From Alphaproteobacteria bacterium (GTDB lineage Bacteria > Pseudomonadota > Alphaproteobacteria > UBA9219): a DNA stretch of 64,000 nt. The notes under the pieces were generated by a model. The model ran no database searches. It had not been told where the DNA came from and saw only the letters and a program-made list of their open reading frames with translations. Below, piece after piece: positions 1 through 11,098 of the stretch. The DNA is taken from contig JAQVBU010000011.1 in the NCBI GenBank assembly GCA_028690155.1, positions 12,370-76,369 of the forward strand, given 5' to 3'. The position numbers and the translations under genes are program-made. The first letter of the stretch is position 1. Every line of letters starts with the position of its first letter.

Positions 1-3
1 CTT

Positions 4-633
4 GTGAAATTTGGCGACACGCACGTTTTGTGTACCGCCAGCGTCAGCGACAAAGTTCCGTCTTTTTTGCGGAATTCCGGTATGGGCTGGGTGACGGCGG
101 AATACGGCATGTTGCCTCGCGCTACGGCCGACCGTACGGATCGCGAAGCGGCCAAGGGCAAACAATCGGGACGTACACAGGAAATACAACGCCTTGTGGG
201 GCGCAGTTTGCGCGCTGTGGTCGATCGCAAGGCGCTGGGTGAGATCCAGATCAAGGTCGATTGCGACGTTCTTCAGGCCGACGGCGGTACGCGCACGGCC
301 TCGATCACGGGCGGCTATGTCGCGCTGGGGCAGGCGTGCCGCTATTTGATGAAAATCGGGAAGCTTACGGCCGATCCTTTGAAAACGTCGGTGGCAGCGG
401 TGTCATGCGGGATTTGCGGCGGCCAGGCTTTGTTGGACTTGGATTATTCCGAAGACTCGACGGCCGAAGTCGATTCAAACTTTGTGATAACGGGGCTTGG
501 AGGCATTGTGGAAATCCAGGGAACGGCCGAACAAGAGCCGTTCTCTGAACCCCAATTCAATGAACTTCTGCGTCTGGCGAAAAAAGGTATCGCCGAACTC
601 TCAACGCTGCAGAAGCAGGCGTTAGAGGTCTAG
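4..633 (+). CDS. rph: Ribonuclease PH (5' end lies before the window)
   Basis: [57 protein letters not shown] motifs. Confidence 0.97.
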   Translation: MKFGDTHVLCTASVSDKVPSFLRNSGMGWVTAEYGMLPRATADRTDREAAKGKQSGRTQEIQRLVGRSLRAVVDRKALGEIQIKVDCDVLQADGGTRTASITGGYVALGQACRYLMKIGKLTADPLKTSVAAVSCGICGGQALLDLDYSEDSTAEVDSNFVITGLGGIVEIQGTAEQEPFSEPQFNELLRLAKKGIAELSTLQKQALEV

Positions 634-1041
634 CTTGTTAAAATTATTATGACTTCCGCCGAAGCGCATTCTACCTCTCGGCTTAACCCCTCCGCTCGAG
701 CGTAGATGGGAAGGCTTATTATGTTCTCCCGAGACGCGGATGACTCCCGCCTGATTGTCGAATTTGCGATCAAATTTGGTCGAAGGGTCTTCGGTGACGC
801 CAGGCTCAGGCCGCTCCCTCCCGAGTGCTTTTTGATATTGTGATCCTTTATGCTGTCTGTGCGATGATCCGCGAGTAGGGGAAATAAAACGGGCCACGGG
901 CTCGCCGTTTTTGCTGGCGATGACGACGCCATTTTCATTGCTGTGGAAAGAACAGCCTTCAACCCGCCTCATGTCAACGGATCCAAAATAAGTCGGGATA
1001 GAAGCGGTGGAAGTAAAATTTATCATCGTAACATCCTCCAT
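622..1041 (-). CDS. Hypothetical protein
   Basis: 139-aa ORF filling the gap between rph and the mreB promoter region; no confident family. Confidence 0.45.
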   Translation of the reverse strand: MEDVTMINFTSTASIPTYFGSVDMRRVEGCSFHSNENGVVIASKNGEPVARFISPTRGSSHRQHKGSQYQKALGRERPEPGVTEDPSTKFDRKFDNQAGVIRVSGEHNKPSHLRSSGGVKPRGRMRFGGSHNNFNKLDL

Positions 1042-1313
1042 ATTTACTTGGGGAAACCCTGATCTTCTCTAAGAAAGAAGTATCTCGATCTTTAAGCTTT
1101 TGTGCAATTAAAAGAAATAATTTCATTTATAATTCATGTGGATAATTTTTTTCGGGCACAAATAGGGTTAAGAAGACACAGCGTCTTGCCTTCAGAGGCG
1201 TCCGTGGGCATAAAAGGGTCTCTTTTCAAGATTACTCTTGCGAAAAAGGGGGGACGGTGCCAGAAGGTTTGCATCGCCTTCGCGCAACGAGTCGTCACCG
1301 CTGCAGGGAATAA

Positions 1314-2357
<1,044 letters not shown>

Positions 2358-2390
2358 TCGGAGGCGGCGTTGCCAAGGAGAAGGCGTAAC

Positions 2391-2981
2391 ATGGCAACCT
2401 CATCGAGACGCGGTTTTAGTTTGACCGAAACGGCCATCGTTCTCGGCGTGGCGGGGTTGATACTGAGCGGGGTCTGGGTCATGGTCGGCGGCATGCGTTC
2501 GAGCGCCATCCAGACGAAATTTTCCGATCTTCTCGCCGTCGTTGTCGAGAACATTCGCGGAACGTATGTCGGCAAGGCGTCTTTCGAGAGCACGTCCCCC
2601 ACGAAGATGATGCCCATCCTGAGGCGCAAGCATGTTTTCCCCGGCGACGTCGTTCGGAAAGAAAGCGACGGGACGATCAAGGTCGTTTCGCCTTTCGGCG
2701 GAGAGCTTGTGGTCTGTGGCTGGAAGGCTTCGGGCAGCACGAAGTGCGAGACGGCGGGAGAAACACTCGATGTGCCCTTTTTTGCCGTTGAGATCGCTGT
2801 GGACAAAAAAGATTGTATCAATGCGGTGGTGCGGAACGCGAATTCATCGCTGTTTCCAGGATTGCTTGGCGTTTATATTAACGGAACAAAACGAGAGTTG
2901 CCGATTTCCTTTTCCGCCGCTCAGACAGGCTGTTCTAAGGCCTCCAATATTGTCGATTTTGTTTTTCGCCTGCTTCCCTAG
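2391..2981 (+). CDS. Type IV pilin / pseudopilin-like protein
   Basis: Class III signal RRG|FSLTETAIVLGVAGLILSGVW with E at +5; AAGGAG RBS upstream of ATG 2391; four Cys in the globular part. Confidence 0.85.
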   Translation: MATSSRRGFSLTETAIVLGVAGLILSGVWVMVGGMRSSAIQTKFSDLLAVVVENIRGTYVGKASFESTSPTKMMPILRRKHVFPGDVVRKESDGTIKVVSPFGGELVVCGWKASGSTKCETAGETLDVPFFAVEIAVDKKDCINAVVRNANSSLFPGLLGVYINGTKRELPISFSAAQTGCSKASNIVDFVFRLLP

Positions 2982-3057
2982 TTTTATAAGGAAACGCCGG
3001 CTGTTTTCGTGATAAGGTTCCTTTGTTTTTGGCCTTTGTTTGAGGAAAATAAACGCA

Positions 3058-4401
3058 ATGATTACACCGCGCACCCCTTCCGGAACGTTAGAGCTTCTTC
3101 CCCGGGAACAGACTGTTTTTCAGCATATGGTGGATATTATTCGCCGTGGATTCGAGCGGTTTGGCTTCGTTCCCGTCGAGACGCCGGTTTTCGAGTTGAA
3201 GGACGTTTTGCTGACAAAATCGGGCGGGGAAACGGAGAAGCAGGTTTACTTCGTTCAATCGACAGGAGGCTTGCAGCAGGGGCACGAGGCGGATCTGGCT
3301 TTGCGGTTCGATTTGACGGTGCCCTTAGCGCGCTATGTCGCCCAGCACGAGCGTGAGCTCGCCTTTCCTTTCCGGCGCTATCAAATGCAGCGCGTTTATC
3401 GCGGCGAACGGGCGCAGAAGGGGCGCTTTCGCGAGTTTTACCAATGCGACATCGACGTCATCGGAAAAGATAAATTGAGCCCGGCGTACGATGCCGAACT
3501 GCCGGCCATTATTTCCCGGATTTTTGAAGAGCTGAACATCGGCGCCTTTACGATTTACTTCAGCAACCGGAAAATTCTTCGAGGCTTGCTTGCCGGGCTT
3601 GGCGTGGCGAGCGAAGAGACAAAAACGTTGATTCTGCGGGAAATCGACAAGCTGGACAAAGTCGGCGCCGACAAAGTGCGCGCCGCGATCATGGACGCAG
3701 GGCTTTCGTCCACGGCTGCTTCTTCCGTGTTGGAGCTGGTTGCCCACAAAGGGACGAAAGACGATATTTTATCCCTTCTAAGAGGGATGGCGGTTGAGGA
3801 TCCCGTTTTCCGGGAAGGCGTTGACGAAATTGCGTCGATGATTGCCTCGTTACGCGCCTTGGGCGTCCCCGAGGATCGGACGCGGCTCGATCTGTCGATC
3901 GCGCGGGGCTTGGATTATTACACGGGTTCGGTTTACGAGACAAAAGTGAACGCGCATCCTGAATTCGGAAGCATTTGTTCGGGGGGGCGTTACGACGATT
4001 TGGCCGGCCATTACACCAAATCCAAGCTTCCGGGGGTTGGTATTTCGATCGGGCTCACCCGGCTGTTCGATCTTTTGCGTGCGAACGATCTTTTGCCCGA
4101 AGCGCCTTGTGCCGTGCAGGTCCTAGTCGCTCAGATGGATCCGGCGTTGAGGGCCGAGTATTTGGCTTTGGCGACGGCCTTGCGGGCGGCGGGATTGCGG
4201 GTTGAGACGTGGTTGGAGCCGGCGAAACTCGATAAACAGCTCAAATACGCCAACAAAGCGGGAATTCCCATCGTTCTGCTTTTGGGCGAAGACGAACAAG
4301 CCAAAGGTTCCGTCGTCATTAAAGATATGGTGGGAAAAGAGCAGAAAGAAACACCGCGGGACGAGGTTGTCGCTGCGGTGCGAGGCATGTTGGAGGCCTA
4401 G
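3058..4401 (+). CDS. hisS: Histidine--tRNA ligase
   Basis: LRFDLTVPLARY, GRFREFYQCDIDVIG, ARGLDYYTG, SGGRYDDL, C-terminal anticodon-binding domain. Confidence 0.97.
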   Translation: MITPRTPSGTLELLPREQTVFQHMVDIIRRGFERFGFVPVETPVFELKDVLLTKSGGETEKQVYFVQSTGGLQQGHEADLALRFDLTVPLARYVAQHERELAFPFRRYQMQRVYRGERAQKGRFREFYQCDIDVIGKDKLSPAYDAELPAIISRIFEELNIGAFTIYFSNRKILRGLLAGLGVASEETKTLILREIDKLDKVGADKVRAAIMDAGLSSTAASSVLELVAHKGTKDDILSLLRGMAVEDPVFREGVDEIASMIASLRALGVPEDRTRLDLSIARGLDYYTGSVYETKVNAHPEFGSICSGGRYDDLAGHYTKSKLPGVGISIGLTRLFDLLRANDLLPEAPCAVQVLVAQMDPALRAEYLALATALRAAGLRVETWLEPAKLDKQLKYANKAGIPIVLLLGEDEQAKGSVVIKDMVGKEQKETPRDEVVAAVRGMLEA

Positions 4402-4404
4402 GCT

Positions 4405-7400
4405 TTGGCGACGCGCAAAAAGGCACCGAAGCGGTCGCAAAAGGGAGGAAGCCTTTGGCGAGGGGGGCTTGTTTCCTTTTGTATCGGTTTTGTCGTTTTA
4501 ATTGGCGGACTCGTTTACAACGAGATCATAACCTCCGAAGCCCAAGCCAAGTGGTTTTCTCATTATACGCAGAAGGTTTCTTTTGCTATGGAGCCGGGCT
4601 CTAATCCGGCCATGCACTATCCGTTGTGGGGGCCCTACAACGCGCGCCTTGGATACCAGTATTTGCCGTTTTACACCAAGGCCCTTGCCGCCGAGGATTT
4701 CAGCGTTGCGGCGCAGATGCGCGGCTCGGCGATGTACAATACGCTGATCGGTCTTGGGCTTTATCCCCCTTACTATCCGAAAACGACGGCCGGGTTGACC
4801 CTTTATGATCGTGAGGGAAAGAAGCTCTATGCGGCGTCTTACCCGCAAAAAGTTTTTTCGGACTTTTCCGCGATTCCGCCTTTGCTTGTGCAAACGTTAC
4901 TTTACATCGAAAACAGGGAGCTTCTGCAAGACGGCCCCGTAACGCGCAACCCGGTTATCGAGTGGGGGCGCCTGTGTTACGCAACGTGGGGACGTTTGGC
5001 CCGCCTTTTCGATCCGCGCCTGCGTGTCGGCGGCGGCAGCACGTTGGCGACGCAAATCGAAAAATTCCGTTTTTCGCCTTCAGGACAGACAACGGGCGTC
5101 GGGGAGAAACTACGCCAGATTTTTTCGGCCTCCTTGCGCGTTTATCTGGATGGACCGGATACGCGCAAAGCCCGAGAGACGATTGTTCTTGATTATTTAA
5201 ACAGTACGCCCTTATCGGCACGGCCGGGCTTTGGCGAAATTAACAGCTTCGGCGACGGCTTGTGGGCTTGGTTCGGTTTGGATCTTGATGTCGCGTCCAT
5301 TCTTCTGACTTTGCCGGAAGAAAAGGGCGATGCTCTTCAGTCAAAGGCCTTTGCCTATCGGGCTGCGTTGGGATTGATTTTGGCGCAGCGTCGGCCAAGC
5401 GAGTATCTTCTAAGCAATCACACCTCGTTGGACCGCTTGATCGATATGACGTTGGACCGCTTGAGGGACGAGGGTGTCGTTTCGCAAGCTTTATGCGACG
5501 CGGCCAAAAAAACGAAGCTCGTCTTTTTGAAAGAACCTCCGACACAACCGCCTCCGGCCTATGTCGATCAAAAGGCGGTCAACGCGTTGCGCGTCCATCT
5601 GATGAATTCATTGGGGTTAAAGAATCTTTATGAGGTTGATCGTTTGGATTTATCGGGCCAAACGACGATTGACCGGAGCGCGCAGGAAAACGTGGCGGCT
5701 CTTTTAAAAAAAATGGAAGATATCGATTTTTTGAAGAGCCAAGGATTTTATGGCCATCACCTTCTTGAGCAAGGCGATGATCCGACAAAGATAAAATGGA
5801 GCGTCGTTCTTTATGAGCGAGGCGAAAAGAGCAATAAAGTTCGCGTTCAAGTCGATACGATCGAGGGCCCCTTCGACATGAATGAAGGGATGAAGCTTGA
5901 TCTTGGATCGACCGCTAAACTGAGAACCCTTGTGACGTATTTGGAGATCGTGGCCGAGCTTCACAGGCGCTACGCGGGGCTTGACGCGGCAACGTTAAAA
6001 GACATGGCATCGGATGCGCCCGACGCTTTGACAGAATGGGCGGTTACATGGCTGCGGCACCATGTCTCAGCCGATCTTGAGACGATGCTGAGGGCATCCC
6101 TGAAGCGGCGTTACTCGGCCAGTCCCAATGAAGTTTTCTTTACCGGAAGCGGCGCGCACGTTTTTCACAATTTTGAGCGCGACGAGGATTCCTGGGTCAT
6201 GCCGGTGCGCGAGGCGTTCTGCCAGTCGGTCAACCTGATTTTTATTCGGATGATGCGGGATATTGTGAACTACACGATTGCTCAGCGGGCGCAGACAAAA
6301 GAAGCGCTTCTGGAAGCCGAAGGCGGACCTGAGCGTCAAGCGTATCTCGAACGATTTGCCGATCAAGAGGGGCGGGTCTTTTTGAACCGCTATGTGGCCG
6401 AATACGAAGGGTTGTCGGCCGAGGCTCGGCTCGATAAGCTTTTGGAGCAGGGGCACCAAAGCGCTGTCGCGCGTACGGTCATGTTTCGTTCCATTCATCC
6501 AAAGGCCGATTATAAGACTTACCAAGACTTTATGAAGGCGCATGGATCGACGCTTTCCCTGAGGGGTTTGGCCGAGCTTTACACGGCTTACGCGCCGGGT
6601 CGCTATTCGTTAGCGGACCGCGCGTATTTGGTCGGGGTCAACCCGATGAAATTGTGGTTGCTGGCCTATTGGCAAGAGAATCCCCATGCGACGCACCGCG
6701 ATCTGATCAAGGTAAGCCGTCCTGTCCGGATCGCCTGCTATGCGTGGCTTTATAAGCCCGGAAAGAAACAGGCTCAGGATAAACGTATTCGCATTATGTT
6801 GGAAAAAGATGCTTTCAACCACATTCAAAAGCGTTGGGCGCGTTTGGGGTACCCCTTCGATTTGGTGCCGAGTTATGCAACGGCAATCGGAAGTTCGGCC
6901 GATCGGCCCGGCTCTTTGGCCGCGTTGATGGGGATTATTCTTTCCGATGGGGTCAGAAAACCGGCTGAACGCTTTGAATCTCTAGAGTTTGGGACGAACA
7001 CGCCTTATCAGACGCTCTTTCGTTTAAATGGAAAGCCCCCTCGTCAAGTTTTGTCTCCTGTGGTCGCTCGTGTTATAAAAGACGTTATGACCGATATTGT
7101 CGAAAATGGGACGGCGCGTCGGCTGCGCGGCGTTTACAAAGACGCCCAAGGCCGGGATCTTCGAATCGGGGGAAAAACGGGAACCGGCGATCAGCGTTAC
7201 GACGAGTTTTCCTCCAACGGAAAACTTATGTCCTCGCGCGTCGTCAACCGGACGGGCACGTTCGTCTTTTATATCGGCGACCGTTTCTTCGGCGCGATTA
7301 CGGCGCATGTCGCGGGCGAGGAAGCGGGGCGCTTTACCTTTACAAGCTCGTTGGCGACGCAGCTTCTTAAGGTTTTAGCGCCGGCTCTTAATCCTTTGAT

Positions 7401-7431
7401 CGACGGCGCGCCGGCGGCATTGGCTCCATGA
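4405..7431 (+). CDS. Large atypical class A penicillin-binding protein (GT51 transglycosylase plus transpeptidase)
   Basis: N-terminal TM anchor; GGSTLATQIEK GT51 motif; transpeptidase motifs STAK (S502), SVN (S608), KTG (K924). Confidence 0.85.
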   Translation: MATRKKAPKRSQKGGSLWRGGLVSFCIGFVVLIGGLVYNEIITSEAQAKWFSHYTQKVSFAMEPGSNPAMHYPLWGPYNARLGYQYLPFYTKALAAEDFSVAAQMRGSAMYNTLIGLGLYPPYYPKTTAGLTLYDREGKKLYAASYPQKVFSDFSAIPPLLVQTLLYIENRELLQDGPVTRNPVIEWGRLCYATWGRLARLFDPRLRVGGGSTLATQIEKFRFSPSGQTTGVGEKLRQIFSASLRVYLDGPDTRKARETIVLDYLNSTPLSARPGFGEINSFGDGLWAWFGLDLDVASILLTLPEEKGDALQSKAFAYRAALGLILAQRRPSEYLLSNHTSLDRLIDMTLDRLRDEGVVSQALCDAAKKTKLVFLKEPPTQPPPAYVDQKAVNALRVHLMNSLGLKNLYEVDRLDLSGQTTIDRSAQENVAALLKKMEDIDFLKSQGFYGHHLLEQGDDPTKIKWSVVLYERGEKSNKVRVQVDTIEGPFDMNEGMKLDLGSTAKLRTLVTYLEIVAELHRRYAGLDAATLKDMASDAPDALTEWAVTWLRHHVSADLETMLRASLKRRYSASPNEVFFTGSGAHVFHNFERDEDSWVMPVREAFCQSVNLIFIRMMRDIVNYTIAQRAQTKEALLEAEGGPERQAYLERFADQEGRVFLNRYVAEYEGLSAEARLDKLLEQGHQSAVARTVMFRSIHPKADYKTYQDFMKAHGSTLSLRGLAELYTAYAPGRYSLADRAYLVGVNPMKLWLLAYWQENPHATHRDLIKVSRPVRIACYAWLYKPGKKQAQDKRIRIMLEKDAFNHIQKRWARLGYPFDLVPSYATAIGSSADRPGSLAALMGIILSDGVRKPAERFESLEFGTNTPYQTLFRLNGKPPRQVLSPVVARVIKDVMTDIVENGTARRLRGVYKDAQGRDLRIGGKTGTGDQRYDEFSSNGKLMSSRVVNRTGTFVFYIGDRFFGAITAHVAGEEAGRFTFTSSLATQLLKVLAPALNPLIDGAPAALAP

Positions 7432-8243
7432 GTTTTTTCCGACGGTTTTCATGCCTATGGTTCTTCGCGCTTTTAGCGGTCGGTTGGGGTTTTTGTGCGC
7501 CCGGCCATGCGGCGCCTGTCCATAAAGAGCGGAAGCTGGGGACGTTTGGGGCATGGCGGGCCTATGCGTATGAAGAAGGCGGACAGACCGTTTGCTATAT
7601 GGTGACCACGCAGAAAAAACGCGTGCAGGGCCAGAAGACGTATCGAACGGCGTATCTTATGCTCACGCATCGACCGATCGAGGCAAGTTTGGATGTTTTC
7701 AGTTATGGCGCAGGGGCTCTTCTTGACGCCAAGCATAGCTCGCGTGTGCGTATCGGTTCGAAATCGTTCGATCTTTTTTCCGTTCGCGACAAAGCATGGG
7801 CTCGTGACGCCCAAACGGATCACCAAATCGCCAAGAGCCTCGTGTCTTCTTCAAAGATGCTTGTGACAAGCGTGCCGTCAGGGAAAGGGGCGGCGACCAT
7901 CAAGGATCAGTTTAGTCTTACAGGAGCGCGCGCCGCTTACCGCGTCATCGGAAAGGCCTGCGGTCTTTCCGATGCGATGGTGGCATCAACGAAGAGTTCT
8001 TCGAAAAAGACCGTTAAGGAAAAAAGCGTTAAGAAGAAGGCGATCAAGAACAAGGTTCCTCAGAAAAAGGCCGTTGAAAAGAAGCCCGCCAAGAAAAAGG
8101 TTATCAAAAAGAAAGCTTCAACAAAGACAGCGGTTAAGAAGAAAACATCAACAAAGAAGAAAACCGCAAAAAAGACGTCTAACACGAAGAAAAAGACGCA
8201 AAAGACCAAAGCGTCGACGCCGCGAGGGGCGTCGACGAAGTAG
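7428..8243 (+). CDS. IalB (invasion-associated locus B)-family periplasmic protein with Lys-rich histone H1-like C-terminal tail
   Basis: Signal peptide; LGTFGAWRAY...VCYM and FSLTGARAAYRVIGKAC match the IalB pattern; last ~85 aa about 40% Lys. Confidence 0.75.
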   Translation: MSFFRRFSCLWFFALLAVGWGFCAPGHAAPVHKERKLGTFGAWRAYAYEEGGQTVCYMVTTQKKRVQGQKTYRTAYLMLTHRPIEASLDVFSYGAGALLDAKHSSRVRIGSKSFDLFSVRDKAWARDAQTDHQIAKSLVSSSKMLVTSVPSGKGAATIKDQFSLTGARAAYRVIGKACGLSDAMVASTKSSSKKTVKEKSVKKKAIKNKVPQKKAVEKKPAKKKVIKKKASTKTAVKKKTSTKKKTAKKTSNTKKKTQKTKASTPRGASTK

Positions 8244-8362
8244 CGTGTCTGGGGGAGGCGTAACGGCCCTCTTGCGGGTCAGAGAAAACCCTGATTATAG
8301 TACCCCCCGCATGCGGTCGGGGGCGAGCCTCGAAAGCTGTTTTTTCAGGAACAGGAGACGCC

Positions 8363-9253
8363 ATGTTTCAATTTGATAGCGAAACGTTTCGTTTAAAGGT
8401 CGGCTTGGCCGATATGCTCAAGGGCGGCGTCATCATGGATGTGACGAATGCCGAGCAAGCCAAGATTGCGGAAGACGCCGGGGCCGTTGCCGTGATGGCG
8501 TTGGAGCGCGTGCCTTCCGACATTCGCAAAGAAGGCGGCGTGGCGCGCATGGCGAATATCGGCGTGATCGAAGCGATCATGAAAACGGTTTCGATTCCCG
8601 TTATGGCCAAAGCCCGCATCGGCCATTTCACGGAAGCGCGGATTTTAGAAGCCTTGGGCGTGGATTATATCGACGAAAGCGAAGTGCTGACCCCGGCGGA
8701 CGAGGAGAATCATATCGACAAAAATGATTTTAAGACGCCCTTTGTTTGCGGCGCGCGCAATCTCGGCGAGGCGTTGCGGCGTATCGGCGAAGGCGCCGCG
8801 ATGATCCGCACCAAGGGCGAAGCGGGATCGGGCAACGTTGTTGAAGCGGTGCGGCATATGCGCTCAATCATCCGCGAGATGAAGCGTCTGACAACTGTCG
8901 GACCAGATGAGTTGGCCCGCGAGGCCAAGGAGCTTCAGGCGCCTTTGGAACTCGTCGAATGGGTTGCGAAGAACGGCGCGCTTCCGGTCCCGAATTTTTC
9001 GGCGGGCGGCATCGCGACTCCGGCGGATGCGGCTCTTGTCATGCAGCTTGGCGCGCAGGCTGTTTTTGTCGGCTCCGGCATTTTCAAATCGTCGGATCCG
9101 GCGGCAAGGGCCTCGGCCATCGTTCAGGCCGCCAAGAATTATGACGATCCGGCCAAGCTTTTGGATGTTAGTCGTTCGCTGGGCGATGCCATGCCGGGAT
9201 TGGATATCGCCAAGATCCCAGAATCCGAGCTTTTGCAAAAGCGCGGATGGTAA
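8363..9253 (+). CDS. pdxS: Pyridoxal 5'-phosphate synthase lyase subunit PdxS
   Basis: [52 protein letters not shown]. Confidence 0.98.
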   Translation: MFQFDSETFRLKVGLADMLKGGVIMDVTNAEQAKIAEDAGAVAVMALERVPSDIRKEGGVARMANIGVIEAIMKTVSIPVMAKARIGHFTEARILEALGVDYIDESEVLTPADEENHIDKNDFKTPFVCGARNLGEALRRIGEGAAMIRTKGEAGSGNVVEAVRHMRSIIREMKRLTTVGPDELAREAKELQAPLELVEWVAKNGALPVPNFSAGGIATPADAALVMQLGAQAVFVGSGIFKSSDPAARASAIVQAAKNYDDPAKLLDVSRSLGDAMPGLDIAKIPESELLQKRGW

Positions 9254-9268
9254 TCAAGGAGCCTTTTT

Positions 9269-9847
9269 ATGAAGACGGCAGGCGTTCTCGCTTTGCAGGG
9301 CGATTTCGAGGCTCATGCCGCGGCGTTGAAAAAAGTCGGACTTAAAGTCTCTTTTGTGCGCTCGGCCGACGGTCTGCGCGAGGTTGACGGCTTGGTTCTT
9401 CCCGGCGGCGAGAGCACGACGATGCTCAAACTTCTCGCTCATGATGGAATGATGGCGCCGTTGCGGGCCTTTGCCGAAACGAAACCCGTTTTCGGCACGT
9501 GCGCGGGGGTTATTCTGTTGGCCAGAGAAGTGTCTCACCCCGTGCAGGAAAGTTTGGGCGTGTTGGACGTTTCGGTCGAACGGAACGCTTACGGACGCCA
9601 GAACGAAAGCCGCATAGTGGCGTTGACGCCGGAAGAACCGTATCGGCAGCGAACGGGCGCCGACCGGATCGAGGCCGTCTTCATTCGCGCGCCCATTCTT
9701 CGTCGAACGGGTCCCGGCGTTACGGTCTTGGCGCGGTATCAGGACACGCCGGTTCTTGTCGAACAAGGCAACATTCTTGCCGCCACGTTTCATCCCGAAC
9801 TTACAGCGTCCACGGACGTTCACGCGCTTTTTGCCGCGAAACTTTAA
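9269..9847 (+). CDS. pdxT: Pyridoxal 5'-phosphate synthase glutaminase subunit PdxT
   Basis: GVLALQG, PGGESTT, FGTCAG (catalytic Cys), RNAYGRQ, VFIRAP, ATFHPE (His-Glu). Confidence 0.97.
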   Translation: MKTAGVLALQGDFEAHAAALKKVGLKVSFVRSADGLREVDGLVLPGGESTTMLKLLAHDGMMAPLRAFAETKPVFGTCAGVILLAREVSHPVQESLGVLDVSVERNAYGRQNESRIVALTPEEPYRQRTGADRIEAVFIRAPILRRTGPGVTVLARYQDTPVLVEQGNILAATFHPELTASTDVHALFAAKL

Positions 9848-9856
9848 CAGGAAGAT

Positions 9857-10969
9857 TTAGGCTTCGACGGGCTTCAGAACATCGCCTAGTTTCTTGAGAA
9901 GGTAGTCGACGTTTTCCTCATCCATATCTTCGCATTGTGTCAAAATGCGTTCGATAACAATGGCGCGGTAACGCTCCCGCGACTCTTCCCCGGCGTCTAT
10001 TTCCGTTTCGTTTAACACCTCAATGGCCGCGCGAACGATGGGCAAGAATTCGGCCGGCATGCCGGCGCGGTCATAGAGCGATTTCAATCCGAGTTGCCCT
10101 GCATCGTGAATTAAAATGCGTGCGTTGATAAGCGGAATGCCCGCCATGACTGAAATGGAGACTTCAAAGAAGGAAATATCGCCTGTACACAGCGCACGAA
10201 GAACGATGGATGGCGTCAGACGTTTATTGGTGTGCATTTGAACGATGAGCTTTTCAAGCTCTTCGATGTTTGATCGTCCGGTCAGACCGACAACCGCGCG
10301 TTCGCGACTTTGAAGAACAATGTCTGAGGCGATCGTCGGAGAAACTTGATGGTGCGAGATAAGATACTCGCGCATGTTGTCGGCGACTAACGTCACCAAA
10401 CGTTCGGTCACGGTCGGGGGAAGCACCGATCGCATGGCCATCTTTTCTTTGATAACGTCACTTGACGAAAAACGATCGACGGCTTTGTTAAGGCTTTGTT
10501 CGCTGATATGCGCTGTGGCGTTATCCATAAGTCTGGCGACGGCTTTTTCGACACCTGTCGTTACGATTTCATCGGCGACATTTTCCGAAAGATTTTCGCG
10601 TCCAGCGACAACTTCCTGTTTGGCCGGAACCCCGCTTTGAACGATTTCAATAAGATCGGCGTCCGTCAGGACGGTTGAACTTTCCAGAATCGGAAGAGCA
10701 ACACTTTCGATGTCGTGCGCCAATTTAACGGCGACGTCGTGCGGAAGATGTGGCGCATGGCGTAAATTTTGAGCTAAGGCGGTGCGGACGCTGGCTTCGA
10801 CATCGCGAGCCATAATTCGCACAATGTCTTGGGCCAGCTCGGCTTCGGTTTCGCTTAGGTCTGGGTTTTCAATTTCAACGCCGACTTTGCTGGCCAGATC
10901 GGCGCGTATGGCTGGCGATGGTTCTGCCAAGAGTTTCTTTACGTCGTCTTGAGTTAATGTCACATGCAT
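9857..10969 (-). CDS. DUF2336 domain-containing protein
   Basis: VRTALAQNL...LPHDVAVKLAHDIESVALPILESSTVLTDADL and RLTPSIVLRALCTGD patterns. Confidence 0.85.
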   Translation of the reverse strand: MHVTLTQDDVKKLLAEPSPAIRADLASKVGVEIENPDLSETEAELAQDIVRIMARDVEASVRTALAQNLRHAPHLPHDVAVKLAHDIESVALPILESSTVLTDADLIEIVQSGVPAKQEVVAGRENLSENVADEIVTTGVEKAVARLMDNATAHISEQSLNKAVDRFSSSDVIKEKMAMRSVLPPTVTERLVTLVADNMREYLISHHQVSPTIASDIVLQSRERAVVGLTGRSNIEELEKLIVQMHTNKRLTPSIVLRALCTGDISFFEVSISVMAGIPLINARILIHDAGQLGLKSLYDRAGMPAEFLPIVRAAIEVLNETEIDAGEESRERYRAIVIERILTQCEDMDEENVDYLLKKLGDVLKPVEA

Positions 10970-11072
10970 GCTTTGACTCCAGCCGATTTCTTCAGTGTGG
11001 ATTGTCGATTGATTTTGTCGTTTAAAACTTAGGTTGCAAGGCCTGCCGGAACTAGTATAGGCTTCTTTCCCG

Positions 11073-11088
11073 TTACGAAACCGTTAAC
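11073..11088. promoter_or_regulatory. CtrA-like box (TTAC-N7-TTAAC) between divergent DUF2336 and apt
   Basis: TTAC GAAACCG TTAAC; one mismatch to TTAA-N7-TTAAC. Confidence 0.5.
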
Positions 11089-11098
11089 GGGGGAGACC

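Noticed and set aside
622-1041. [17 protein letters not shown] resembles the Phd/YefM antitoxin strand motif
   Set aside because: The N-terminal Phd helix pattern is absent, there is no adjacent toxin gene and the rest is low complexity; probably chance.
8270-8345. Hairpins and a possible promoter upstream of pdxS as a vitamin B6 riboswitch
   Set aside because: Only short GC-rich stems; no recognised riboswitch motif, and no established PLP riboswitch class.
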